Positions 1 through 8,240 of a stretch of DNA of 64,000 nucleotides are shown here, piece by piece. The notes below the pieces were generated by a model. It ran no database searches and had not been told where the DNA came from. It saw only the letters and a program-made list of their open reading frames with translations. The translations under genes were made by a program, and so were the position numbers. The stretch is from an uncultured Verrucomicrobiota bacterium (GTDB lineage Bacteria > Verrucomicrobiota > Verrucomicrobiia > Limisphaerales > UBA9464): positions 22,407 through 86,406 of the forward strand of contig CAIXUG010000070.1 in NCBI GenBank assembly GCA_903922605.1. Direction: 5' to 3'. Each line of letters starts with the position of its first letter. Within the stretch, counting starts at the first letter, position 1.

Positions 1-777
1 GGCCTCCGCCCGCAGCCCGCGTGCGATGCCCGCAACCTCGAAGGCCAGCAGCAACCGATCTTCCGGCCAGCGCGATTTCAGGAGCTTCAGCATCATTTTC
101 CGACGCTGCGAGAAGGCCAGTTTCACCAGGGCTGTAAACGTCCTGGATTCCGCCGGAGAAAGCAGCGGCTGCGGCCGGCGCTCCAGGGTAATACAGGCGG
201 AATCGACATCGGGCGCAGGGAAGAAACAGGCCGCCGGAATCTTGAACCAACCGCGGGGCTCGTAGCGTAGCTGGAGCAGGAGTGAGAGCAGGCCGTAGTC
301 GTCGGTGTCGGGCGCGGCGGCGATCCGCTGGGCGACTTCCAGTTGCAGCGTAACGGCAATGCGGCTCGGCGGTCCTTCCGCTTCCGCCAGTTCTACGAGG
401 ATGGGCGAGCCGACCGAGTACGGTAGGTTGGCCACCAGTTTCCACTCCGACCAGTCGCGCGGGTTGTCTTGCAGCCAGGCGAGCGCATCCGCCGCAAGCA
501 GCCGCAGCTTCGGCTGATTCTCAAAACGCTGCTGTAGCACCCCGACCAGCCGCGTGTCCTTTTCGATGGCCATCACTTCGCCCGCCTCGGCGAGCAGTAT
601 CTCCGTGAGCGGCCCCAATCCGGGGCCAATTTCCAGCACGCGATCCGTGGGGCCGACCTCCCCCGCCGCAACGATCCGGCGGAGCTGGTTGCCGTCGTGG
701 AGAAAGTTCTGCCCGAGTGATTTCGTGAGCTGGATGCCGCCCATCTCCAGGATGCGCCGCATGGTGCTGATGGTCAT
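1..777 (-). CDS. rsmA: 16S rRNA (adenine1518/1519-N6)-dimethyltransferase RsmA/KsgA; 3-prime end runs off the window
   Basis: Absent from the ORF track because there is no in-window stop. Manual minus-strand translation from ATG (775-777): MTISTMRRILEMGGIQLTKSLGQNFLHDGNQL..VLEIGPGLGPLTEILL..VANLPYSVGSPIL..FFPAPDVDS. Contains the GQNFL, EIGPGxGxLT (SAM-binding) and NLPY motifs. ATGA overlap with the stop of the upstream gene at 774. Confidence 0.9.
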   Translation of the reverse strand, partial: MTISTMRRILEMGGIQLTKSLGQNFLHDGNQLRRIVAAGEVGPTDRVLEIGPGLGPLTEILLAEAGEVMAIEKDTRLVGVLQQRFENQPKLRLLAADALAWLQDNPRDWSEWKLVANLPYSVGSPILVELAEAEGPPSRIAVTLQLEVAQRIAAAPDTDDYGLLSLLLQLRYEPRGWFKIPAACFFPAPDVDSACITLERRPQPLLSPAESRTFTALVKLAFSQRRKMMLKLLKSRWPEDRLLLAFEVAGIARGLRAEA

Positions 778-2132
778 GGCTGCATCTCTTTCAGGATTTG
801 GGCAAGGGCCCGTACGGACCGCCGCAATTGCGCCTCGGTGATGGTCAGCGGCGGGGTGAAGGCGATCACATTGGCGTGTTCCCCCTCCGGCAGCAGAATG
901 AAACCGCGTTGCAGCATCTCCTTGATGGCCGCCAGCGCCTCCGTCGTGGCGGGGCGGCCATCGGCATGAAGCAGCTCCACCCCCACCATGAGACCGACTC
1001 CCCGAATTTGAATTTTGCGCTTTGAACTTTGAGCTTTGAACTCCGCCCCCAATGCCTTCGCGAGCCCCGCCCCCACCTTCTCCGTCCGCTCCACCAGCTT
1101 CTTCCCCTTCAGCTCCGCAATCTGCGCCAGCGCCATTGCACAACCGACGGGATGCCCCAGAAACGTGCTCGTATGAATTGCCTCGCCATTCGAAGGCGGC
1201 CAAGCGGCATCCATCACATCGGCGCGGCCAACGCAGGCGCTCAACGGAAAGCCACCCGTCAATGCCTTGCCGAGACAGATCAGGTCGGGCCGGACGCCGG
1301 AGTGCTCGCAGGCAAACCACGCACCGGTGCGGCCAAAGCCGGTGTAAATTTCGTCCAGAATCAGCAGCGCGCCGCGCTCATTCGCCAGCCGGCGCAGGAG
1401 CGCTAGGAATCTGGCAGGTGGGACGTTGATGCCTCCACGCGCCTGAATAGGCTCCACAAGAATCGCCCCAATGGAACCGATCGCGAAGGCGATCCGGATT
1501 CGCTCCTCAATCTCGGCCAGGGTGGGATGGGAAGTCTTCCCGGTGGCTTGGGGGAACGGCACGAACTGCGCGAACTCGCGGAGCTGGTCACGAAAGCCGC
1601 CCCGAAAATGTTCCCGATGGGTCGCATTGAGCGCCCCATAACCCAGCCCGTGATATCCGCCCTCAAACGCGATGATTCCCGGCCGTCCGGTGGCCAGCCG
1701 CGCCGTCTTCAGCGCCGCCTCGACCGCCTCAGACCCCGAATTGCAAAAAATGACCTTCCCCTCCGCCTGCCCATTTCCTTTTTCCTTTTTCCCTTTTCCT
1801 TTTTCCTTCGCCTTTGCCCACCGCCCAAACGTCAGCTCGCTCAGCTCCCGGGACAGTTGGGCTTTCAGGGCGTGCGGATGCACGTCGCCCATCGCGTGCA
1901 GCAGGGTCGCCATCTGGCGTTGTCCGGCCCGGACGACACTGGGGTTCGCATGGCCGGCAGCGGCGACCCCAAAGGCGGCGGTGAGATCGAGATACTTTCG
2001 CCCTTCGGCATCCCAGACATGGCAGCCCTGAGCTCGGGCCCAGACAATGGGCCAGCCACCGGCCGGATCGACGTAAGTCACGTTCCGGGACTCGTAGCGG
2101 CGCAGCAGGTCGAGGGTCTGGGAAGAGTTCAT
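774..2132 (-). CDS. class-III PLP-dependent aminotransferase (acetylornithine/GABA aminotransferase-like)
   Basis: 452-aa ORF with FCNSGSEAVEAALKTAR, ILDEIYTGFGRTG and IRGVGLMVGVEL, typical of class-III aminotransferases. Carries two repeat-derived low-complexity segments (see repeat features). Confidence 0.9.
   Translation of the reverse strand: MNSSQTLDLLRRYESRNVTYVDPAGGWPIVWARAQGCHVWDAEGRKYLDLTAAFGVAAAGHANPSVVRAGQRQMATLLHAMGDVHPHALKAQLSRELSELTFGRWAKAKEKGKGKKEKGNGQAEGKVIFCNSGSEAVEAALKTARLATGRPGIIAFEGGYHGLGYGALNATHREHFRGGFRDQLREFAQFVPFPQATGKTSHPTLAEIEERIRIAFAIGSIGAILVEPIQARGGINVPPARFLALLRRLANERGALLILDEIYTGFGRTGAWFACEHSGVRPDLICLGKALTGGFPLSACVGRADVMDAAWPPSNGEAIHTSTFLGHPVGCAMALAQIAELKGKKLVERTEKVGAGLAKALGAEFKAQSSKRKIQIRGVGLMVGVELLHADGRPATTEALAAIKEMLQRGFILLPEGEHANVIAFTPPLTITEAQLRRSVRALAQILKEMQP
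1004..1045. repeat. 7-nt-period tandem repeat (NNNTTTG x6) inside the aminotransferase CDS
   Basis: GAATTTG AATTTTG CGCTTTG AACTTTG AGCTTTG AACTCCG. Positions 1007-1026 are identical over 20 nt to intergenic 50338-50357. Confidence 0.85.
1771..1819. repeat. 7-nt-period pyrimidine repeat (CTTTTTC-like x6-7) inside the aminotransferase CDS
   Basis: CCATTTC CTTTTTC CTTTTTC CCTTTTC CTTTTTC CTTCGCC TTTGCCC. On the coding strand it encodes the segment KAKEKGKGKKEKGNGQAEG. Confidence 0.8.
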
Positions 2133-2176
2133 GCGCCGCTCAATCTGGAAATTCCCCGCCGCGAAGCAGGGAGGCT

Positions 2177-2758
2177 TCAGCGCCGGGCGGCCGCCTTCGC
2201 CAGCGCGAGCTTCGTCTCCGCCTGCAGCTCCTCGATCTCCGGCCTTAGATCACTCCGCGTTTCCGTGTCCATGCGGTCGATGAAAAGGATGCCGTTGAGG
2301 TGATCCAGCTCATGCTGCACCGCCCGGGCGAGCAGGCCGCCGGCCTTGAAGGAATAGCTCTCGCCGCGCTCATTCTGGGCGGTCACCTCAACCACGGCGG
2401 GGCGTTCCACCTCGCCGAAGATGTCCGGAAAACTGAGGCAGCCCTCCGGCCCCTTGATCCGGGGGCCGACTGGATGCGCGACCGGGTTGATGAGCACCAG
2501 GGGCATGAACGACTCCACATCGGCCTCCTGCCCCGACAACCAGAGGTTGCTGGGACGGTCCTTCGTCCCGCGCACGTCGATGACGGTGAGCTGGACAGCT
2601 CGGCCGACCTGCTGGGCGGCCAGACCGATCCCCCGCGTCGCCTTCATGGTCTCAAACATGTCGGCAATGAGCTGGGTGACTTCGGGGATGATGGCTTCGA
2701 TCTTCGCGCCCTTCTTGCGAAGGACCGGATCACCGTATTTGACGACGGGAAGAACCAT
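2177..2758 (-). CDS. def: peptide deformylase
   Basis: From internal ATG (codon 113 of ORF 2177..3094): MVLPVVKYGDPVLRKK..GIGLAAQQVG..EGCLSFP..QHELDHLNG, the three deformylase motifs. The upstream 112 codons overlap the kinase gene and look non-coding. Confidence 0.93.
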   Translation of the reverse strand: MVLPVVKYGDPVLRKKGAKIEAIIPEVTQLIADMFETMKATRGIGLAAQQVGRAVQLTVIDVRGTKDRPSNLWLSGQEADVESFMPLVLINPVAHPVGPRIKGPEGCLSFPDIFGEVERPAVVEVTAQNERGESYSFKAGGLLARAVQHELDHLNGILFIDRMDTETRSDLRPEIEELQAETKLALAKAAARR

Positions 2759-2769
2759 GGCTGAAAGGA

Positions 2770-3894
2770 TCAGTTCGCGGGCCACTGTTTCATGAAGGCC
2801 GCCAAGTCGGCCACGCTCGGGCTCTCGGCGGTGCGGACATAATGGCCGCTCGTGCTCACGCCGCAGAGCAGGCTGGCCGCGTTGTCGAGGCCGAGGAGCT
2901 TGCCGAGGCAGAAGCCGCTGTTGAAGTGGTCGCCCGCACCGGTGGTAATTTTGGGCCGGGCGCAGACCGAGCCGGCCACCACTTCCGCCTTGCCATTGGA
3001 AACGGTGAGCGCGTAGGCGGTCGGATGGATGACCAGCGTCTCCACCGGCACACGCTTCTGAATTTCGAGCCCGAGATCGGCCAGGCCGTCCCACTGGCGT
3101 GGAGCGCAGGAAAGGCCGAGAACCTTGGCAACCTCGTAGGCCTCTTTCTCGTTCAGGCCGAGAATGCAGTCGAACTTCGTCTGGAACTTCACAATGAGTT
3201 CGAGCGCCCTGGCGATGTCGCCGGGCAGGCGCTTCTCCGGGTCGGCGAGGTCGAAGAAAATCTTGCGGCGCGGGCCGGTGAGGCCCGGCACCAGCTCGGC
3301 CTGGATGCTCGCCCAGATATCGCTCATGTAGGGCAGCATGGTCCAGTTCACAAAGCCGATGAGGTCGGACGCGGCGAGCTTCGCGGCGAACTTCTCCTTG
3401 CCGTAGCGCCTCGCGATGTTCGCCCAGGTGACCTCCTTGAGCGTGTAGTGCTTCCCGACCATCACCTTGCCATCCTCAAACTCTAACGCGTCGGTGAGCC
3501 CGGGTCCGCAGACCGTGTGAACCTCGGCGCGGGTGGCAAACTCGTGGAAGACGGGGTGCAACGCCGGCCAGCCAAGCGAACCGAGATAAGTCACACCGAT
3601 GCCGAAGCGGGCGAGCGCATTGGCCATGATGGGGCCGTTGCCGCCAAGCTTGGTCATGATGTTCACCAGCTCGACGTTGGTGCTGTGACCGGCGGCAGCA
3701 GCGAGTCGGGCGGCGTAAGCGGCGATGGTCGGCACGCGGTCAAAGCGCTCGGCGTCGTAGCGCTTGTCCACCACGTGGAGAATCTCGTCCACGAAGCCAT
3801 CGAGACCGACAAACGCGGTGAGCGACGGCACGCGCGGCGCGGCCGCGGAAAGCTGCGCGGCAACGGAATCGCGGAAGTCTTGGGAATTTAGCAT
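2770..3894 (-). CDS. PfkB/ribokinase-superfamily carbohydrate kinase-like protein
   Basis: 374-aa ORF with C-terminal ITTGAGDHFNSGF (GAGD anion-hole/catalytic motif of ribokinase-like kinases). Substrate unknown. Confidence 0.7.
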   Translation of the reverse strand: MLNSQDFRDSVAAQLSAAAPRVPSLTAFVGLDGFVDEILHVVDKRYDAERFDRVPTIAAYAARLAAAAGHSTNVELVNIMTKLGGNGPIMANALARFGIGVTYLGSLGWPALHPVFHEFATRAEVHTVCGPGLTDALEFEDGKVMVGKHYTLKEVTWANIARRYGKEKFAAKLAASDLIGFVNWTMLPYMSDIWASIQAELVPGLTGPRRKIFFDLADPEKRLPGDIARALELIVKFQTKFDCILGLNEKEAYEVAKVLGLSCAPRQWDGLADLGLEIQKRVPVETLVIHPTAYALTVSNGKAEVVAGSVCARPKITTGAGDHFNSGFCLGKLLGLDNAASLLCGVSTSGHYVRTAESPSVADLAAFMKQWPAN

Positions 3895-3914
3895 ATCTGC
3901 ATATAGACCATAGC

Positions 3915-4604
3915 CTAGGGCTTAGGTGTTTCAGTTTCGGTCTTTCTACGGAGTCGTCCAAATTTCTCCAATGCAACGAGCCAACACTGCTCTATGGCCT
4001 TTTCATCATCTGTCGATTCTCTTCCCCATTTAACAACTAGCAAAGCAACATTCATAATACCCACAAAAAGAAGGCTCCAGAGAAGCGGACGGCTCCATGA
4101 GGATGAAACAGACGGTTCGTAACGGAAATGCAGAAGCCATGGAACAGCTGCAGCCAAAAGGATTAGGATAAAAAATGCGGCTTGCTGGTAATAAACATCC
4201 CGGCTTGAAAGACGGGTTGACAGGCTGTGCCTAGAATCTTCCTCTCGAAAAGCCACCCAGTCCTTCTCCCAGTCCGATAAACCGGTGAGTCGCAGGTAGA
4301 CCGTGTAATTCCGCATCATTTTCCGAATCAATCGCGCCTTTACCCATAGCGTGAACAACAGACTTTGAACAAGTATTCCGATTCCCGCGCTGGCTGCGAT
4401 GGGAACTGTGCCCTGCCTGACACCATTCAAAACCCAGCCGAAGGCGATAGCGAAAACACTTATTGCCGCACTTGTGATCAAAAACTGCTGATGGTCAACC
4501 TGATTTACCACGCCATGCAATTTTTTCGCGTCTTCTGCATCCACAATCCGATTGTCGGGCTGTCGCGCAAGGTCGTAATTGTTTATATTTAATGGGTTTT
4601 GCAT
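3915..4604 (-). CDS. hypothetical 4-TM membrane protein on a low-GC islet
   Basis: 229-aa ORF with four hydrophobic stretches (FLITSAAISVFAIAFGWVL, IAASAGIGILVQSLLFTLWV, AAFFILILLAAAVPWLL, LLWSLLFVGIMNVALLVV). GC counted at 40% and 45% in two 60-nt samples, against 68% in a sample of the adjacent kinase gene. Confidence 0.65.
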   Translation of the reverse strand: MQNPLNINNYDLARQPDNRIVDAEDAKKLHGVVNQVDHQQFLITSAAISVFAIAFGWVLNGVRQGTVPIAASAGIGILVQSLLFTLWVKARLIRKMMRNYTVYLRLTGLSDWEKDWVAFREEDSRHSLSTRLSSRDVYYQQAAFFILILLAAAVPWLLHFRYEPSVSSSWSRPLLWSLLFVGIMNVALLVVKWGRESTDDEKAIEQCWLVALEKFGRLRRKTETETPKP

Positions 4605-4635
4605 GTTATGCTTTTATAAAACACGCGCTCCGGAA

Positions 4636-5550
4636 TTAATCCAACCTCACACCCATCACCTCGAGCACCCGGTTCAGCTCGTCATCATTAGCGAAGCGCA
4701 CTTCGACGCTGCCTTTGCCGGCCTTGTACTTCAAGGCGACCTTGGCAGCGAAACGTTCGCGCAGCTTGTTTTCCAGGTCCACGACATGCACATCCCGGAC
4801 GGCAGTCGTCGGAGCCGTCTTCGCCCCCAGCCCTTCCGGTTTCGGTGCCTGCAAGGCGGCGACCAGTTCCTCGGTCTGACGGACGGTCAGGCCGCCCTTG
4901 AGCACGCGTTCAAAGGCAGTGAGCTGAAGCGGCAGATCGGTGAGGCCGAGCAGAACCTTGGCGTGGCCGACGCTCAGGCGTCCGTCGCGCAAGGCGGCCT
5001 GGATCGGCTCCGCGAGCCGGAGCAGCCGGAGCGCATTGGCGACGACGGTACGGGGCTTGCCGACCTTCTTCGCGATTTCCTCCTGCGTGAGCCGGAACAG
5101 CTCGCCGAGCTGCGCGTAACCGAGCGCTTCCTCGACGGGGTTCAGGTTTTCGCGCTGAAGATTCTCGATCAGCGCGAGCTCCAGGACCTCGCGGTCGGTG
5201 GCGATCCGCTCGACCACGGGGGCCTCAGTCAGACCGGCGAGCTGGGCGGCGCGCCAGCGCCGTTCACCGGCGATCAGCTCAAAGTTGGCACCCACGACGC
5301 GGACGATCAGAGGCTGAACGATGCCCTGCTCGCGGATCGACTCGGCGAGTTCGGCCAGCGCTTCGGCGGAGAAGTCTTTTCGCGGCTGCAGCGGGCTTGG
5401 CTGGATCTGCGTCAGCGGAACGCGCCGCACGGCCGGACCGGTCGCGGCGACCGGGGCCGGCGGGGGCGTGGCCGGAGGAGAACCGGCCGGCTTGGCGCTG
5501 CCGCCCGAAAGCAGCGCGCCAAGGCCTCGTCCAAGCGCAGGTTTTGACAT
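4636..5550 (-). CDS. parB: chromosome partitioning protein ParB/Spo0J
   Basis: MSKPALGRGLGALL N-terminus, GERRWRAA ParB box, HTH region LTQEEIAKKVGK. Confidence 0.93.
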   Translation of the reverse strand: MSKPALGRGLGALLSGGSAKPAGSPPATPPPAPVAATGPAVRRVPLTQIQPSPLQPRKDFSAEALAELAESIREQGIVQPLIVRVVGANFELIAGERRWRAAQLAGLTEAPVVERIATDREVLELALIENLQRENLNPVEEALGYAQLGELFRLTQEEIAKKVGKPRTVVANALRLLRLAEPIQAALRDGRLSVGHAKVLLGLTDLPLQLTAFERVLKGGLTVRQTEELVAALQAPKPEGLGAKTAPTTAVRDVHVVDLENKLRERFAAKVALKYKAGKGSVEVRFANDDELNRVLEVMGVRLD

Positions 5551-5773
5551 CGGGACGACAGTAGGAAACCCGGCGGCGGCGCAAAAGGTTTTTGGTAAGC
5601 GAAGGCAAACGAGGTCGGAGTCCGACCGCTTTCAGCGGGTGTCATCGGTTGCAATCTGCAAACCGAATGGCGCAATTCTACAGGGAAACAGGAGGGAAAA
5701 CGGCGATTTTCAGCAAAAACAGGCGGTTTTCAGCCTTACGAGGGGCGGCACCCTGTCTGCTGAAAGGCTGCCG

Positions 5774-6331
5774 ATGAAAACATTCAATTCCTTCTGCGTT
5801 GGGTCCCTAGTCGGGGTCGCCCTGCTTTTCACCACCGCCACCGTCTCCTTCACGACCGTACGGGCCGACCACAGCGATGGAACACCCGGCCAGTTCTCCA
5901 AATCGGACTTTAAGTTCGTGAAGGAGGCCGCCCAGGGCGGGATGCTGGAAGTCAGCCTCGGCCAGCTCGCCGCCACCAAGGCCACGGCCTCGGGGGTGAA
6001 ACAATTTGGCCAACAGATGGTCACCGACCACGGCAAGGCGGGCGACCGGCTCAAACAGATTGCGACCGCACACGGCGCGACTCTGCCCATGGAGCTGACC
6101 ACGAAGCAGCAGAAGGAAGTGGACCGCCTGAACGGCCTCAGCGGCGCGGATTTTGACAAGGAATACGTCTCCGTGATGGTCAAGGATCACAAAAAGGATC
6201 TGAAGGAATTCGAGCACGAGGCCAAGAAGGCGGATGACTCGGACCTGCGGACGTTTGCCGCCGACACCTCCAGCGTGGTCGCGCAGCATTACGAGCTGAT
6301 CAAGAACCTGGACGCGCAGTTGCCCAAGTGA
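5774..6331 (+). CDS. DUF4142 domain-containing secreted protein
   Basis: Internal ATG (codon 152 of ORF 5321..6331) gives signal peptide MKTFNSFCVGSLVGVALLF, then FVKEAAQGGMLEVSLGQLA..MVTDHGKA..MVKDHKKD, typical of DUF4142. Confidence 0.85.
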   Translation: MKTFNSFCVGSLVGVALLFTTATVSFTTVRADHSDGTPGQFSKSDFKFVKEAAQGGMLEVSLGQLAATKATASGVKQFGQQMVTDHGKAGDRLKQIATAHGATLPMELTTKQQKEVDRLNGLSGADFDKEYVSVMVKDHKKDLKEFEHEAKKADDSDLRTFAADTSSVVAQHYELIKNLDAQLPK

Positions 6332-6358
6332 ATTGAATCACTGAGCGGTGATCACCAA

Positions 6359-7021
6359 TCAGTCGCTCGCCGCCGGCGTCCGTATCGACCACCCGAAGGC
6401 TTCGGTCACGATGCGGATGGAGGGGGCGTGGTCGATGTGGAGGATAGTCCTCCAGCCGCGTTCCGCGCCGTGGGCGATGTTTTCGGCACGGTCGTCGAGG
6501 TAGAGGAGGTCGGAACCCTGAAGGCCGGTCAGCGTCTCCAGCGACACGTAGATGCCCGGGTCAGGCTTCATGCTGCGGGCTTCGTAGCTGTAGATGTAGC
6601 CAGTGAAGCCGCTGAAGAACGGGAACTGCCGCCGGATGTGCGTCACCGCCAGCTCGTTGGTATTGGAGAAGACGTAGGTGGGCACTCCCTGCTCTGCCAA
6701 CCGCCGCTGTAGCGCTACCATCTCGGGGATCTCGTCGAAGATGTCGCCGAAGCTGCCGTGGAAAAGATCATCGGAACCGTGGAATCCGGTCAGGCGCCGG
6801 ACCTCGGCGACAAACTCGGCGGTAGTGATCTGGCCGGACTCGTAGCGGTGCAGCAGCGGGGACTGGTCCACCACCCGCTTGAATTCGGCGGGCGACAGGT
6901 CGCTGTGCGGCGCGAGTGTGCTCGCGGCGCGCATGTAGTTGAAATCCAGGAGCACCTTGCCGAGGTCGAAAATCACGGCCCGGGGCAGCGCGGCAGATGA
7001 ATTGCGAGGAACGGAGTTCAT
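6359..7021 (-). CDS. HAD-superfamily hydrolase (subfamily IA-like)
   Basis: AVIFDLGKVLLDF (DxG variant of motif I), SNTN (motif II), DDRAENI (motif IV-like). 4-nt overlap with the recR stop. Confidence 0.8.
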   Translation of the reverse strand: MNSVPRNSSAALPRAVIFDLGKVLLDFNYMRAASTLAPHSDLSPAEFKRVVDQSPLLHRYESGQITTAEFVAEVRRLTGFHGSDDLFHGSFGDIFDEIPEMVALQRRLAEQGVPTYVFSNTNELAVTHIRRQFPFFSGFTGYIYSYEARSMKPDPGIYVSLETLTGLQGSDLLYLDDRAENIAHGAERGWRTILHIDHAPSIRIVTEAFGWSIRTPAASD

Positions 7022-7620
7022 GGCATTTCCCGGCGGCCTTCGAGGGCGCGGCTCAGGGTGAGTTCATCGGCAAATTCCAGACCGCTGCCCGCCGGCAGGC
7101 CCTGCGCGAGCCGGCTGATGCGCAGGCCGGCAGCGGCCAGGCGTTTCGCGAGGTAGCTGGAGGTGGCGTCGCCTTCCACGTCGCTGCCCAGCGCAAGGAT
7201 GACTTCCTGCACGCTTTCCGGACCCAGACGGGTTTCCAACTCCGCGATGCGGAGGTCTTCGGGGCCGACCCCGTTGAGGGGGCTCAGTTTGCCGCCGAGC
7301 ACATGATAGCGGCCCTTGAACGTGCCCGATTTCTCCAGGCTAATGACATCCAGCGCCCGCTCGACGACACAGAGGAGTGAGCCATCGCGCCGGGCATCGG
7401 CACAGATGGGGCACGGTTGGGACTCGGTCAGGGCACCGCAACGTTCGCAGTTAGTGACCCGTTCGCGGGCCTCGACAAGCGCGGCGGCCAGTTGGCGGAC
7501 GCCATCGGCGTCGCTCTGGACGAGGTGCAGCGCCAGCCGCTCGGCGGAACGCGGGCCGATACCGGGCAGGCGGCCGAGGGCGGCCACCAACCTTGTGACG
7601 GGATCGGGGAGGGATGTCAT
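7018..7620 (-). CDS. recR: recombination protein RecR
   Basis: LPGIGPRSAERLALHL HhH, CxxC..CxxC zinc finger (CERCGALTESQPCPIC), Toprim region. ATG at 7620 preferred over the TTG at 7635. Confidence 0.93.
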   Translation of the reverse strand: MTSLPDPVTRLVAALGRLPGIGPRSAERLALHLVQSDADGVRQLAAALVEARERVTNCERCGALTESQPCPICADARRDGSLLCVVERALDVISLEKSGTFKGRYHVLGGKLSPLNGVGPEDLRIAELETRLGPESVQEVILALGSDVEGDATSSYLAKRLAAAGLRISRLAQGLPAGSGLEFADELTLSRALEGRREMP

Positions 7621-7647
7621 TCCACGTAGGCTCAAACGCCGGGTAAA

Positions 7648-7835
7648 CGTCGCCGCGCACCGTCCCTACCGGCTCGTGTTTCGCGAGTAGGTCGGGCCGC
7701 TGGCCCGACATCGTACGACGGGCTGCCAGCCCGTCGGATACTTAGCCGGGTTTCACAGCGGGCTGGCAGCCCGCCGTACTCGTCAGGCTGGCAGCCTGAC
7801 CTACTATAGGGACGGCGCAGCGCACCGTCCCTGCC
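7648..7835. repeat. composite palindromic repeat cluster (outer GCGCACCGTCCCTA / TAGGGACGGCGC inverted arms enclosing the 118-bp element)
   Basis: Arms at 7656-7669 and 7809-7820 are inverted complements. The right arm also forms hairpin AGGGACGG-CGCAGCGCA-CCGTCCCT. Related TAGG(G)ACGG(C/T)GCGC motifs occur at 25445-25472 and 37385-37414. Confidence 0.6.
7687..7804. repeat. 118-bp four-hairpin palindromic element, copy 1
   Basis: Termini GTAGGTCGGGC / GCCTGACCTAC. Four hairpins with 5-nt loops (gtcgggc-cgctg-gcccgac, gacgggc-tgcca-gcccgtc, gcgggc-tggca-gcccgc, gtcaggc-tggca-gcctgac). Same length and architecture as 35357-35474. Confidence 0.8.
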
Positions 7836-7879
7836 CTCCGTCAGCGGGGACTCCACGGCGATGTCTCTGTCCGAGTTCC

Positions 7880-8191
7880 TCACATCAGGCCCGGGATGCT
7901 GAAGCCCTGCGAGACCGCGTTCATTTCTTTCGTGGCGGTGTCCTTGGCCTTGACCATGGCGTCATTCACCGCCGTGACGATCAGATCCTCGAGGAAGGGC
8001 ACATCCTGCGGATTCACAGCGTCGGGGCTGATCTTGATGGACACGAGGGTCTGGTCGCACTTGGCGACGACCTTCACGGTGCCGCCGCCGGCGATGCCTT
8101 CGACCGTCTTGTTTGCGAGTTCCGCCTGCACGCGCTCCATCTGCTGCTGCATGCGCGTCGCCTGCTTCATGAGTTTGCCAATGCCAGACAT
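7880..8191 (-). CDS. ybaB: YbaB/EbfC family nucleoid-associated protein
   Basis: 103 aa, MSGIGKLMKQATRMQQQMERVQAEL..GGGTVKVV. Canonical position between dnaX and recR. Confidence 0.92.
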   Translation of the reverse strand: MSGIGKLMKQATRMQQQMERVQAELANKTVEGIAGGGTVKVVAKCDQTLVSIKISPDAVNPQDVPFLEDLIVTAVNDAMVKAKDTATKEMNAVSQGFSIPGLM

Positions 8192-8200
8192 AGGGAGGGA

Positions 8201-8235
8201 CGATTTATGATTTACGATTTACGATCTGCGATTGC
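8201..8235. repeat. 7-nt-period tandem repeat (CGATTTA x5)
   Basis: CGATTTA TGATTTA CGATTTA CGATCTG CGATTGC, between the dnaX stop and the ybaB start. The same unit recurs at 21684-21715. Confidence 0.8.
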
Positions 8236-8240
8236 AAAAA

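Noticed and set aside
2759-3094. Upstream extension of the def ORF
   Set aside because: It overlaps the kinase gene, and the product is Arg/Pro/Gly-rich nonsense. The deformylase homology starts at MVLPVVKYGDP.
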